Notes: generated by a model not told the origin, from the letters alone. Shown: positions 27,870-38,210, numbered from the stretch's first letter. The stretch is DNA of 64,000 bases from an uncultured Candidatus Binatia bacterium (GCA_964291295.2 OZ219754.1:672001-736000); one strand, 5' to 3'. Program-made: numbers and translations.

Positions 27870-30800
27870 ATGGGTATTGAGCGGACCGGCGGCGATGGCA
27901 TTGATGAACTGCAGGGCGGTATGGGCGACGATACGCTGGACGGCGGCGGTGGCGACGATACGCTGGACGGCGGCGACGGCGTTGACACCCTGTATGGCGG
28001 CAACGGGAACGACACGGTTGATGGCGGTTCGGGCAACGATTCTCTGTTCGGCGGCACCGGGGACGACACGCTGAGGGGCGGCACGGGCGCGGACACCCTG
28101 TATGGCGGCATGGGGGCGGACACCTTCGCGTTTACGGTGGGGGACGGCGAAGACACGATCGCCGATTTCGAGGCCGGCGAAACGATCGAGATTGCCGGGG
28201 TGGCCGGCGGTTTCCCGGCGCTGGTGATCAAGCAGGACGGCACCAATGCGGTCATCCGCTACGGCGAGGGTGACAAGATCATACTGCAGGGCGTGACGGC
28301 GGCCTCGCTCGGCGCGGACGACTTCCACTTCCTTCCGGTTGAATCTGCAGAAGGGAAGACGCTGAAAGGCGGCAACCGCGCGGACACGCTGACCGGCGAC
28401 GACGGCGACGACGTCCTGAAAGGCCGCAAGGGCGACGACACGCTGGCCGGTGGCAGCGGCGACGATACGCTGAGGGGCGGCAAGGGCGACGACACGCTGA
28501 CCGGCGGCGACGGCGACGACGTTCTGAAAGGCCACAAGGGCGACGACACGCTGGCCGGTGGCAGCGGCGACGATACGCTGAGGGGCCACAAGGGCGACGA
28601 CACGCTGACGGGCGGCGACGGCGACGATACGCTGACGGGCGGTCCTGGCGACGACACCTTCGTGTTCGCGGTGGGGGATGGCACCGACACGATCACCGAT
28701 TTCGGGGAAGGCGACCGGATTCGTCTCGACGGGGTCCCGGTTGGCTTCGAGGGGCTGGATATCCGTCAGGACGGCGCTGATGCCGTGATCCACTACGGCG
28801 ACGGCGACACGATCACCCTGCGGGGCGTGTCGGCGAACTCCTTGGGCGAGGACGACTTCCTGCTTCCCGACGCGAGCCAAAGCCTTCCCGGCACTCAGGA
28901 CAGCCCTCTCGTACAGGGCGCCAGTCAGACTCCAGACAAGCCGTCTGGCCCCAATCAGAAGGTGCCGACTCCCTGGGACGATGACTGGGATTCCGCGGGC
29001 AACGTCTCCATACGTAGAGGCACCGACGGCGACGACACCATGAAAGTCGCCCGGGGCAAAAACATCTTGATTGGCGGCAAGGGCGACGACACCCTGGAAA
29101 GCGGTTGGGACGGCGACACTTTCGTGTTTCGGACGGGAGATGGGAACGATACCATTGTCGATCTCCTGGACGGCGACAAGATCCATCTCTATGGGGTTTC
29201 CGATGGTTTCGGGTGGCGCAATATCCGGCAGGACGGCGACGCCACAGTTATCAGCTACGGCGATGGCGGCGACACGGTCACATTGCTGACCATACAGGCG
29301 GGTGCCTTGTTCCTTCAATCAAGAGACTTTGTTGGCAGCGGCGGGTCCAAGCCCGCCATCCTCTCCCTGTACGGCGGAAGCGGCAAGGCTCAGAACATGC
29401 TGTTCGGGGGCGGCAACAAGGCGACGACACCCCTGGACGATGCTTGGGATGGCGCGGGCGTGGGCGCGGGCTCCAAACGCATACACAGGCGCGGCGACGG
29501 CGACGACACCATGACTTGGGACGGCCGTCCGTCCAACATCATCGTGCTCAACTACAAGGGCGATGTTCTGCCCGGCGTCCTGCCCGGCGTCCTGCTCGGT
29601 GGCGGGGGCGACGACACCCTGACCGCCGTCAGCAGGGGTAACAATACCCTGCACGGCGGTTCGGGCAACGATACTCTGGAGGGCGGTAACGGCGACGACA
29701 CCTTGTATGGCGGTTCGGACAAAGACACCCTCGCCGGCGGCAAGGGCAACGACACCTTGCTTGGCGGCAAGGGCAACGATGTCCTCACCGGCGGTTCGGG
29801 TGCCGATGCCTTCGTATTTCTGGCGGGAGACGGGGACGACACCATTACCGATTTCGGGAACGGCGACAGGATTCATATCATTGGGGTTCCTGGCGGTTTT
29901 GGCGCGCTCGACATCCGTCAGGATGGGGACGACGCGATCGTCAGCTACGGCGCTGGCGGCGACACGGTCACATTGCTGAACAAACAGACGGACTCCCTTG
30001 GCGCCAGCGATTTCAAATTCGCCACCTCCTACGAGTTTGTACCCTCCGAACCAAAGAGGTTTCCGAATCCCCCGGACGATGACTGGGATGGCACGACGAG
30101 GTACAGCCGCATCGACACCGGCCGCCGCATCGACGCCGGCCGCATCCAGAAGGGTACCGACGGCAACGACACCCTGACCGGGACGACGACGGGGTTTGCC
30201 GATTTCATACTCAACAAAGACCGCGGTGCGGAAACCTGGAACGATGTCCTGCTCGGCGGTGCGGGCGACGACACCTTGTATGGCGGTTCGGACAAAGACA
30301 CCCTGAACGGCGGTTCGGGTCACGATACCCTGAACGGCGGTTCGGGCGACGATACCCTGTATGGCGGTTCGGGCGACGACACCCTGAACGGCGGTTCGGG
30401 TCGCGATACCCTGACCGGCGGCGTGGGCGCCGATACCTTCATGTTCCGGGTGGGCGACGGGAGAGACACCATTACCGATTTCGGAAACGGCGACAGGATT
30501 CATATCTTCGGAGCGCTCGATATCCGTCAGGCCAGCAGCGGCGACGACACGATCATCTTCTACGGCGCCAGAGGCGGCGGCGACAGCATCAGGTTACTGG
30601 GCGTACAGGCAAGCTCCCTTGACGGCAACAGGGATTTCAGGTTCGACAGCTACGGGACCGGGCCTGCCAACCTTAGCCTGAAAGACGAATCCCGGGGCGA
30701 CGACACCCTGCATGGCGGTGCGGGCGATGACACCCTGTATGTCGGCTGGGGCGACGACACCTCGCATGGCGGTGCGGGCGATGACAGCCTGTATGGCGGT

Positions 30801-31280
30801 GCGGGCGGCGACACCTCGCATGGCGGTGCGGGCGATGACACCCTGTATGGCAGCTGGGGCGACGACACCTTGCATGGCGGTGCGGGCGATGACATCGTGA
30901 TTGGCGACGGCGGCGACGACACCTTGCATGGTGGCGAGGGCAACGATGTCCTGGTCGGCAGCTGGGGCGACGACACCTTGCATGGCGGCGAGGGCAACGA
31001 CGACCTGGTCGGCGGTCGGAACGACGATACATTCGTTTTCACCAACGGCTCCTCGAGCAGTGACGATGTCGACACGATCAAGGATTTCGAGACGTACGGA
31101 GAGGAGGACACCATCCAGCTTTCCGGCTTCACCGGCATAGATGACTTCAACGACCTCGAGGGCAGAATCACCACGAGAAACACCGGCGAAGTAGTCATCG
31201 ATCTGACGGATGTGGGCGGCGGCCTGATCGTGGTTGAAGGCGTGACCGAGATGGATGCTTGGGACTTCGATTTCGTATGA
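27870..31280 (+). CDS. Large RTX (hemolysin-type Ca-binding repeat) protein, ~1136 aa
   Basis: AGGAGG RBS; many GGxGxDTLx nonapeptides; five repeats of an FxFxxGDGxDTIxDF...IRQDG module; acidic C-terminus ending DFDFV. Confidence 0.92.
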   Translation: MGIERTGGDGIDELQGGMGDDTLDGGGGDDTLDGGDGVDTLYGGNGNDTVDGGSGNDSLFGGTGDDTLRGGTGADTLYGGMGADTFAFTVGDGEDTIADFEAGETIEIAGVAGGFPALVIKQDGTNAVIRYGEGDKIILQGVTAASLGADDFHFLPVESAEGKTLKGGNRADTLTGDDGDDVLKGRKGDDTLAGGSGDDTLRGGKGDDTLTGGDGDDVLKGHKGDDTLAGGSGDDTLRGHKGDDTLTGGDGDDTLTGGPGDDTFVFAVGDGTDTITDFGEGDRIRLDGVPVGFEGLDIRQDGADAVIHYGDGDTITLRGVSANSLGEDDFLLPDASQSLPGTQDSPLVQGASQTPDKPSGPNQKVPTPWDDDWDSAGNVSIRRGTDGDDTMKVARGKNILIGGKGDDTLESGWDGDTFVFRTGDGNDTIVDLLDGDKIHLYGVSDGFGWRNIRQDGDATVISYGDGGDTVTLLTIQAGALFLQSRDFVGSGGSKPAILSLYGGSGKAQNMLFGGGNKATTPLDDAWDGAGVGAGSKRIHRRGDGDDTMTWDGRPSNIIVLNYKGDVLPGVLPGVLLGGGGDDTLTAVSRGNNTLHGGSGNDTLEGGNGDDTLYGGSDKDTLAGGKGNDTLLGGKGNDVLTGGSGADAFVFLAGDGDDTITDFGNGDRIHIIGVPGGFGALDIRQDGDDAIVSYGAGGDTVTLLNKQTDSLGASDFKFATSYEFVPSEPKRFPNPPDDDWDGTTRYSRIDTGRRIDAGRIQKGTDGNDTLTGTTTGFADFILNKDRGAETWNDVLLGGAGDDTLYGGSDKDTLNGGSGHDTLNGGSGDDTLYGGSGDDTLNGGSGRDTLTGGVGADTFMFRVGDGRDTITDFGNGDRIHIFGALDIRQASSGDDTIIFYGARGGGDSIRLLGVQASSLDGNRDFRFDSYGTGPANLSLKDESRGDDTLHGGAGDDTLYVGWGDDTSHGGAGDDSLYGGAGGDTSHGGAGDDTLYGSWGDDTLHGGAGDDIVIGDGGDDTLHGGEGNDVLVGSWGDDTLHGGEGNDDLVGGRNDDTFVFTNGSSSSDDVDTIKDFETYGEEDTIQLSGFTGIDDFNDLEGRITTRNTGEVVIDLTDVGGGLIVVEGVTEMDAWDFDFV

Positions 31281-31297
31281 CTTGGACAAACCCTGGT

Positions 31298-31327
31298 TGA
31301 GTCCGCCCCGGGTTTTCCGGGGGAGTG
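31298..31327. mobile_element. Orphan IS3-family (IS629/IS6110-like) terminal repeat
   Basis: TGAGTCCGCCCCGGGTTTTCCGGGGGA resembles TGAACCGCCCCGGG...GGAGA ends; no transposase adjacent. Confidence 0.4.
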
Positions 31328-31592
31328 CGGCAGGCATGAGACTCGGCGACCACTTCGAGCGGCGCCGGAGCGTTTATCAGGCGCGTGTGATTGGGCGGCG
31401 AGGTGAGTCTTGCCCAATGCAAAGTGAGCCTGAAGCAAGGAAGTCGGAGATCATCAGGAGGGAGGCTCTCGAAACGAAAGGATGTATTGGGGTGAGAATT
31501 GCAGGGTATCACGGGGGCTGAGATTCGGAGGCAGGATGATGGGAGTGGTGCTGGGCTGGGTTCCAAGCAGCCGGGGATTTCATCGTCAAGTT

Positions 31593-32514
31593 TTATCCCC
31601 ACAACCAGTCGAGGTCCGAGAATGCGAGCTGCCGGTCGAAATTCAGGATATTGTCGCGCACATTGAGGATGAGGCACCGGTCGTTGCCGCCGTTCAGCCT
31701 GCCACGCAGGCCGCGCCCGATCATCTGGAAATAGAGGTTCGGGCTGTAGACCGGACGCGCCACCACGATCGCGCGGGTTCGCGGCGCGTCGAAACCCTCG
31801 CGGAAGACACCGTAGTTGACCAGCACCCGGATACTGCCCCTGCGGAATTCCTCCACGATTCTGCGGCGCGTCGCGGAGTCGGTTTCGCCGCTGACCGCGC
31901 GCGCGACAATACCGCGCCCGTTGAGAAGCACCGCCACAGTTTGCGCGTGTTCGACCGAAGTCGCGAAGACCAAAGTGGGCCAATCCGGCTCGATATGCGT
32001 CGCGAACGCCTCGACGATGCGCATGGTTCGTTCAGAATCCCGCGCAATGCGGCCTTAGGCGCTCCGGGGCAGCCAAGGCGAAGACTTCATCTCACTCAGT
32101 TCGTCGTCGCTCAGGCTCGGCGCGCCGCCGGCTATTTCCCCTTGATTTGAAGCCGAGGCCGAAACGGCCGATTTCCGCAGTACTGCGCTTCGGCGACATG
32201 TGAGAGAACATCAGCGCCTGTGCGCCGGCCTCGTCTATCGGCGCGCCGTTGTCGGCGCAGTAGAGATGGTTGCGGGTGAGGCGAATCTCAATGCTGCCGC
32301 CGCTTTCGCGCTCCTTCAGGGCATCCGCGCCATTCTGGACGAGTTCGAATATCTGCCGCCTTGCGTAGCCGCCGCGCGCGGTATCGTCTTCCTGATTGGC
32401 GTGTTCGATGACATCCTTGGGCTGGATGCGATAGGCCTCCAGCCTCTTGCGCGACTCGGCTTCGATATACCTGCCCAATGGGCCGCCCGGCCCGGTCCAT
32501 TTCGGATTCGCCAA
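31593..32514 (-). pseudogene. Internally deleted HATPase(sacsin-like)-SF2 helicase gene
   Basis: N-part IFELVQNGADA, DNG, IGRFGLGFKS (GHKL motifs) joined out of frame near 32145 to helicase C-part TLVFATSVEHA, VFREGFDAP, QMIGRGLR; in-frame TAA near 32056. Confidence 0.8.
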
Positions 32515-32586
32515 TGTTCCGTTCCCCAGTACTCTCCTTGCCCTTACCTAATCATGGCGAAGGCCGTACGGAGCATTGAAGCCCAG

Positions 32587-32756
32587 GAGCCTGCGCCGCA
32601 GAAAATTTTCGTGAGATTGATATCCACCAGAGTCCCATTTGGTGCCCAATTCGTGTCCGACAATGGGACAAGGCTACACGTTTCTGGCATTTTGGACGAA
32701 AATCTGGACGTGCTCTCCCACTCGTCACCTACCGAAGCGTCCTGCGGCGCAGGCTC
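32587..32756. mobile_element. MITE, 170 bp
   Basis: 15-bp perfect TIR GAGCCTGCGCCGCAG (32587-32601, 32742-32756) flanked by CCAG direct repeats (32583-32586, 32757-32760). Confidence 0.8.
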
Positions 32757-33001
32757 CCAGGCGGCAAACAGCACCGCCTTCACGACTTGGATACTGAGTT
32801 CAGTAAGCGGCCTTTCTCTCCCTGCTGCTGTCCAAGGCGCAGCCATAGCCCGATCGGAATCTGGTCGCCGCAAAGAATAAGCAATAAAGCTGGCGGAAGA
32901 GGTCAAGCTGGCAGGCTGAATGGCAGACGGGAGAGGGCGAATGCCCACTGCCCGTCTGTCCAGGTAGTCGGACCCGGGATCGGGTCTATCCATGGTCGGT
33001 T

Positions 33002-34048
33002 CTATTTCTTCTTCCGCACCAGAAAGCTCAGCGCTTCCTTCGAGGCCGCGGACATGCCGAGAATCTGATCGACGTACATCTCGATGTCCTTGCCCGAGAC
33101 GAACTCGACGATGAGCTTGGCCTCCTTGGCCTCCTTCATGAAGGCGGGATCTTCCATGGTCTTCTTGAACGCGGTCCGCAACTGCTCGAGCCGGTCGGCG
33201 GGCACGCCCGGGGGAGCCGAAAACGGGCGCTGGAACTCGTACTGGTTGACCCATCCGGTGTAGGTCTCGAGTTTCTGCTTGCCGCCCCGCTTGGCTACCA
33301 GTTCCGGAATGACCAGCGCGTCCTTGAGTTCGGGATCGGCGACCCTCCGGTGCGTGAGCAGCGGCGTCAGCTTGTCGTCACCCTTGGCGTCGAGCATGGC
33401 CCGAGCCGTGACCCGCATGGACTCCCAGCCCCAGCAGGCTCCTGACACTTCCTTGCTCTGCATGGCGATCCGCGACGTGGCGGTTCCGCTATAGCCCGCC
33501 ACCACATCGAAGTTCGTGCCGATGGTCTGGTTGAGGATCTTCGGCAGATCCACGCCGGTGGATCCCGCCCGGGTGCCGCCCATCTTGATAGGCTTGGCGG
33601 GATCGGTCATGTCCTCCAGCGTCCGCACGCCGGACCAGCCCATGAACGCGCATGCCGGTATGCCCTTGACCGGAGCGCCGATCCAGCTCACCTTCTGCGA
33701 ATCGATCCGCACCTTGGGGTCGCCAAGGGCCTGGGCGGTCACGAACCCATTGTTCCAGACGCCAAGAACCGAGCCGTCGCGCTTCGCGCGCTTCTGGAGG
33801 TAGTTCGCGGCGACGAGGCTGCCGGCACCGGTCATGTTCTGCACGATGAAACTCGGGTTTCCCGGAATATGCCGGCCCAGGTGACGCACGATCTGGCGCG
33901 TGTAGGTATCGTAGCCGCCACCGGGCGAGTAGCCCACGATGACCCGGATGGTCTTGCCCTTGTAGAAATCGTCCGCGGCACCGGCGCTGCCTGCCGTCAA
34001 CGTGAAGGCCGCTGCGAGAGCCACCGCCCATGCTGTCTTCCTGATCAT
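33002..34048 (-). CDS. Bug/TctC tripartite tricarboxylate transporter substrate-binding protein
   Basis: Signal peptide; DFYKGKTIRVIVGYSPGGGYD, VQNMTGAGS, APPGVPADR. Confidence 0.92.
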   Translation of the reverse strand: MIRKTAWAVALAAAFTLTAGSAGAADDFYKGKTIRVIVGYSPGGGYDTYTRQIVRHLGRHIPGNPSFIVQNMTGAGSLVAANYLQKRAKRDGSVLGVWNNGFVTAQALGDPKVRIDSQKVSWIGAPVKGIPACAFMGWSGVRTLEDMTDPAKPIKMGGTRAGSTGVDLPKILNQTIGTNFDVVAGYSGTATSRIAMQSKEVSGACWGWESMRVTARAMLDAKGDDKLTPLLTHRRVADPELKDALVIPELVAKRGGKQKLETYTGWVNQYEFQRPFSAPPGVPADRLEQLRTAFKKTMEDPAFMKEAKEAKLIVEFVSGKDIEMYVDQILGMSAASKEALSFLVRKKK

Positions 34049-34238
34049 GTCAACCCCCTTTGTGGATTTGTCCAACGTAAAACGAGCCATTTTCGCACAT
34101 CTCTCAGACTAACGCCAATCCTTTCCCGGGTCTGGGCCCCACCGGCCGGCCGCTGTTTCGAGCCGCGGCTTTGTGATAGTGCTTTCACGCGGGTGCCACT
34201 CCTCTTCCGAACCCTATGAAGCAATCCCGGAGGTTGTC

Positions 34239-35045
34239 ATGCCCATGCTGCGCGTCGACGATGCCGACATTCACTACGAGGTCCGGGGCGACGGGCCTCC
34301 TTTCGTATTCATCTCGGAAACGGCCTGCGACGGGGATGTCTGGAACCTGTTCCAGGTGCCGGAGTTTTCGCGGGACCACCGTACCATCATCACGGATTAC
34401 CGCGGCACCGGACGCTCCACCCGGACTCCGATGCGCTACACGACCCGCATGTTCGCCGATGACATCGCCGCGGTCATGGACCACCTCGACGCCACCCGGG
34501 CGATTGTCTGCGGCCATTCCATGGGCGGCCGGGTGGCGCAGTTGCTGGCGCTGGAGCACCCCGGGCGGGTCCGGAAGCTCATCCTCGCCTCGTCCGGCGC
34601 GGCCCATCCGGGCGCCCGCGGCATTCCGCTCAGGATCGCCACGCAGATGGTAGAAATGGGTTACGAGAAGTACGTGCGGGACCACACCATCGAGGTGGGC
34701 TGGACCGACTCGTACCGGAAGGACCATCCGGAGGAGATCGAAAACTGCCTCAAGGTGCGCATGGCGAATCCGTCGTCGGTGGAGTGCTACTTCCGGCACG
34801 TCATCGCGCGCCAGGAGCACGACACCCGCCACCGGCTCAAGGACATCACCGTGCCGACGCTGGTGCTGGTGGGCGAGGACGACCACGCGGTGGTCAGCGA
34901 CATGTCACACCGGAGAGGCGCGGAGATCCTCACCGAGGGCATTCCCGACGCCAGGCTGGTGATACTTCCGGGTGAGCGGCACAGCTATTTTTTCTCGAAT
35001 CCGGAGGCTGCCCACAAGGCCATTCGGGACTTCCTCAGCGACTGA
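34239..35045 (+). CDS. Alpha/beta hydrolase
   Basis: DYRGTGRS, GHSMGG, PTLVLVGEDD; GGAGG RBS. Confidence 0.9.
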   Translation: MPMLRVDDADIHYEVRGDGPPFVFISETACDGDVWNLFQVPEFSRDHRTIITDYRGTGRSTRTPMRYTTRMFADDIAAVMDHLDATRAIVCGHSMGGRVAQLLALEHPGRVRKLILASSGAAHPGARGIPLRIATQMVEMGYEKYVRDHTIEVGWTDSYRKDHPEEIENCLKVRMANPSSVECYFRHVIARQEHDTRHRLKDITVPTLVLVGEDDHAVVSDMSHRRGAEILTEGIPDARLVILPGERHSYFFSNPEAAHKAIRDFLSD

Positions 35046-35062
35046 TCCGGGACCACGCGCAT

Positions 35063-36427
35063 TCACCCGCGGCGGGCGGTCAACGCCTCCAGGCGTCCTT
35101 CCAGCCAGCGGGTGCTGACCCGGCCGCGGATGTAGTCCGGCTCGTCCATGACCGCGCTCAGGAACGGAATGGTGGTGTCGATGCCGGCGGCGGCGAACTC
35201 GCCGAGGGCGCGCTTCATCCGCTCCACCGCCTGCGCGCGGTCGCCGGCGTGGACGATCAGCTTGGCCAGCAGCGAGTCGTAGAACGGCGGGACGCGGTAG
35301 CCCGGGAAGCACTGGGTGTCGACCCGGATACCCGGCCCGTGGGGCGGGCTCCACTCGGTCAGGACTCCGGGACAGGGCCGGAATCCCTGCCACGGGGCTT
35401 CCGCGGTGATGCGGCACTCGATGGCGTGGCCATTGAAGCGGATGTCCTCCTGGGAGAACGACAACCGTTCGCCGCCCGCCACGCGGATCTGCTCCCGCAC
35501 CAGGTCCAAGCCCGTGACCATCTCGGTGACCGGGTGCTCCACCTGGATGCGGGTGTTCATCTCAAGGAAGAAGAAGTCCTGCCGGTCCTCGTCGTAGATG
35601 AACTCCACGGTGCCGGCGTTCTCGTACTTGATCTCCCTGGCGACCTTGTGGCCGGCCTCGCGGATGCGCCCCCGCAACTCCTCCGACAGGGCGGCGGCCG
35701 GGGCTTCCTCGACGACCTTCTGGTAGCGCCGCTGCAGTGAGCAATCCCGCTCGCCCACGTGCACTACATTGCCGAATCGGTCACCGATGACCTGAACCTC
35801 GATGTGCCGGGCGTTGGGGATATAGCGCTCCATGTAGAGCGTGGGGTCGCCAAAAGCCGCCCGGGCCTCCGCCGACGCGGTCTCGAAGGCGGTCCGGAGC
35901 TCGCCCTCCTCCCGGACGATCTTGATGCCCTTCCCGCCGCCACCGGCCGCCGCTTTCAGCAGCACGGGCCAGCCGATCTCTGCGGCCACTCCCGCCGCGG
36001 CCTCGAGGGTGCGGACGTTGTCCGAGCCCGGGACCAGCGGGACTCCGAAGGCTCCGACCGTGGCTCGGGCCAGCAGCTTGTTGCCCATCTGGCGGATGCT
36101 GTCGGCGCGGGGGCCCACGAACGTGATGCCGTGCTTCGCGCAGGCCTCGGCCAGTTCGGATTTCTCCGCAAGAAAACCATAGCCCGGATGGAGGGCGTCG
36201 CAGTGAGTGCCCAAGGCCGTGGCCACCAGCGCCTCGACCTTGAGATAGCTCTCGGTGGAACGGGCCGGTCCGATGCAGACGGTGCGGTTCGCGAGGCATG
36301 CCGGCATGCTGTCCCGGTCAGCCTCCGAAACCACCGCCACCGACTCGATGCCCAAGGACTGACAGGCTCTGATGATGCGGACCGCTATCTCGCCCCGGTT
36401 GGCGACCAGGAGGCGGCTAACAGCCAT
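35063..36427 (-). CDS. accC: Biotin carboxylase
   Basis: LLVANRGEIAVRI, HPGYGFLAE, ERDCSLQRR, EMNTRIQVEHPVTE. Confidence 0.95.
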   Translation of the reverse strand: MAVSRLLVANRGEIAVRIIRACQSLGIESVAVVSEADRDSMPACLANRTVCIGPARSTESYLKVEALVATALGTHCDALHPGYGFLAEKSELAEACAKHGITFVGPRADSIRQMGNKLLARATVGAFGVPLVPGSDNVRTLEAAAGVAAEIGWPVLLKAAAGGGGKGIKIVREEGELRTAFETASAEARAAFGDPTLYMERYIPNARHIEVQVIGDRFGNVVHVGERDCSLQRRYQKVVEEAPAAALSEELRGRIREAGHKVAREIKYENAGTVEFIYDEDRQDFFFLEMNTRIQVEHPVTEMVTGLDLVREQIRVAGGERLSFSQEDIRFNGHAIECRITAEAPWQGFRPCPGVLTEWSPPHGPGIRVDTQCFPGYRVPPFYDSLLAKLIVHAGDRAQAVERMKRALGEFAAAGIDTTIPFLSAVMDEPDYIRGRVSTRWLEGRLEALTARRG

Positions 36428-36441
36428 GAAGAGACCCTGTC

Positions 36442-36936
36442 TCAGGCATCGGGACGGACCAGGAAGAGGGTCTGACCGTGCTCGACGAACTGTCCGCTCT
36501 CCACGCACACCTCGTCGATGACGCCGGCCGCTCCGGAGCTGACGGCGTTGAAGACCTTCATGACCTCCACGAGGCCAACCGTGGTCTCGGCGTCCACGTG
36601 GTCGCCGAGCTTGACGAACGGCGGCGCACCAGGCTCCGGCGTGGCGTAGAATGTGCCGACCATGGGTGCGGGAACGGGAACGGTTCCTTCCCTGATGGTG
36701 ACCGGTCGGGACGCGGCGGCGCTCTCGGCAGCCGGTGCGGGGGCGGGCGCGACCGCCGGTGCCGGTGCGGCCGCCGGAACTGGCGCGGCCGCCGGCGCGG
36801 CCTGGTTCACGCTGACGGCCGCGGGCACACCCGACTTGCTGACCGTGAGCTTCAGATCGCCGATCTCGAGGTCGAGGTAATCGAAGTTCGATTTCTCCAC
36901 CAGGTCCAATATCTGCAGTACTTCATCCTCGGTCAA
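36442..36936 (-). CDS. accB: Biotin carboxyl carrier protein
   Basis: TTG start after AGAGAGGGA; Pro/Ala linker; APMVGTFY, EVMKV biotinyl-Lys. Confidence 0.9.
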   Translation of the reverse strand: MTEDEVLQILDLVEKSNFDYLDLEIGDLKLTVSKSGVPAAVSVNQAAPAAAPVPAAAPAPAVAPAPAPAAESAAASRPVTIREGTVPVPAPMVGTFYATPEPGAPPFVKLGDHVDAETTVGLVEVMKVFNAVSSGAAGVIDEVCVESGQFVEHGQTLFLVRPDA

Positions 36937-36952
36937 TTGCGTGTCCCTCTCT

Positions 36953-37022
36953 TCCTGTTCCGCAAGTCCTGTTCCGCAAGTCCTGTTCCGCAAGTCCTGT
37001 TCCGCAAGTCCTGTTCCGCAAG
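36953..37022. repeat. Perfect 14-bp tandem repeat x5 (TCCTGTTCCGCAAG)
   Basis: Five exact copies abutting the accB RBS. Confidence 0.97.
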
Positions 37023-37245
37023 TTTTCGGACCGCCTGTGGCGGGCGTGAAGACGCGGCGTGAAGACGCGAAGACCCTTGATGCGCGCGTATTCTTATCAA
37101 GAACCCGAATCCTGCGTCAACCGCGCATCAGGCCGGCGGGAGCCGGACGCGGAGGACACTGGATTCTCGAACGGCGACGTATTATTCTGACTGCCCATCG
37201 GCCGGAGGCCGAGCACAAATACACGCATTTCCAGGAGGGACAGTC

Positions 37246-37905
37246 ATGGGAGCGACGATCAAGTTCAGGCGGCCCGACGGCAAGGAAGTATCCGGCTATT
37301 GCGCTTCGGCCGGCGACAACGCGCCTGGCATGGTGGTGGTCCAGGAGTGGTGGGGGGTAAACGACCAGATCAGGGGCGTGGCCGACCGCCTCGCGGGCCT
37401 CGGGTACACTTCCGTGGTGCCCGATCTCTACAAGGGCAAGGTGACGGTGGAGGCGGAGGAAGCCAGCCACATGATGCAGAACCTCGATTTCGGGGATGCC
37501 AACACGGACGTGTGCAGCGCCGTGGAGCACCTGAAGCGGAGTTGCCCCAAGGTGGGCGTCATCGGTTTCTGCATGGGCGGCGCCCTGACCGTGCTGGCGG
37601 CGGTGTACTCCGAGGCGGCGGACGCGGCTTGCTGCTGGTACGGCGTGCCCCCCGAGGAAGCGGCCGACACGCGCACCATCTCGATTCCTTTCCAGGGCCA
37701 TTTCGCGCTGGAGGACGGCTTCTTCACCCCGGACAAGGTGGATGCCCTGGAAGCGCGCCTCAAGGAAGGCAACGTCACCCACGAGATCTACCGCTACCAG
37801 GCGCAGCACGCGTTCGGCAACGAAACCGGAGCGGCCTACAACGCCGATGCCGCCAACCTGGCGTGGGAGCGGAGCACGGCGTTCCTGGCCAGACACCTGA
37901 AGTAG
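37246..37905 (+). CDS. Dienelactone hydrolase family protein
   Basis: QEWWGVN, GFCMGG, HAFGNE. Confidence 0.93.
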   Translation: MGATIKFRRPDGKEVSGYCASAGDNAPGMVVVQEWWGVNDQIRGVADRLAGLGYTSVVPDLYKGKVTVEAEEASHMMQNLDFGDANTDVCSAVEHLKRSCPKVGVIGFCMGGALTVLAAVYSEAADAACCWYGVPPEEAADTRTISIPFQGHFALEDGFFTPDKVDALEARLKEGNVTHEIYRYQAQHAFGNETGAAYNADAANLAWERSTAFLARHLK

Positions 37906-37932
37906 CAACCCGGGCAGCGGGCATTCGTCACC

Positions 37933-37960
37933 TCGCCGGCGCGGCATTTCGCGCCGGCGA
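37933..37960. terminator. GC hairpin between convergent genes, possible terminator
   Basis: CTCGCCGGCGCG-GCATTT-CGCGCCGGCGAG. Confidence 0.4.
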
Positions 37961-38210
37961 GATCTGTCGCTTTCTGTCGCTTTTCCGCCGCCCATGGGGC
38001 TGGACGGAGGGTCCGTATCCCCGTCCCCGGTCTTCCAGATCCGAACCCCGGATGCAGGCCGCCCGGCGGACCGAACGGGAGACAGCCCTCGGAAGGCTCC
38101 CCGGGGTGGGCGCGGGAGTGGCCGGCTCGGGACGATGGCGCCCAGTGGCGGCTGACGAGTGGCGCTTGACGAATGGCGACCCCGCCCTTCCCCGCCAGGC
38201 ATCGGAACGT

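Noticed and set aside
32544-33254. ORFs spanning 32.5-32.9 kb on either strand
   Set aside because: They cross the MITE and overlap other genes; no protein motifs.
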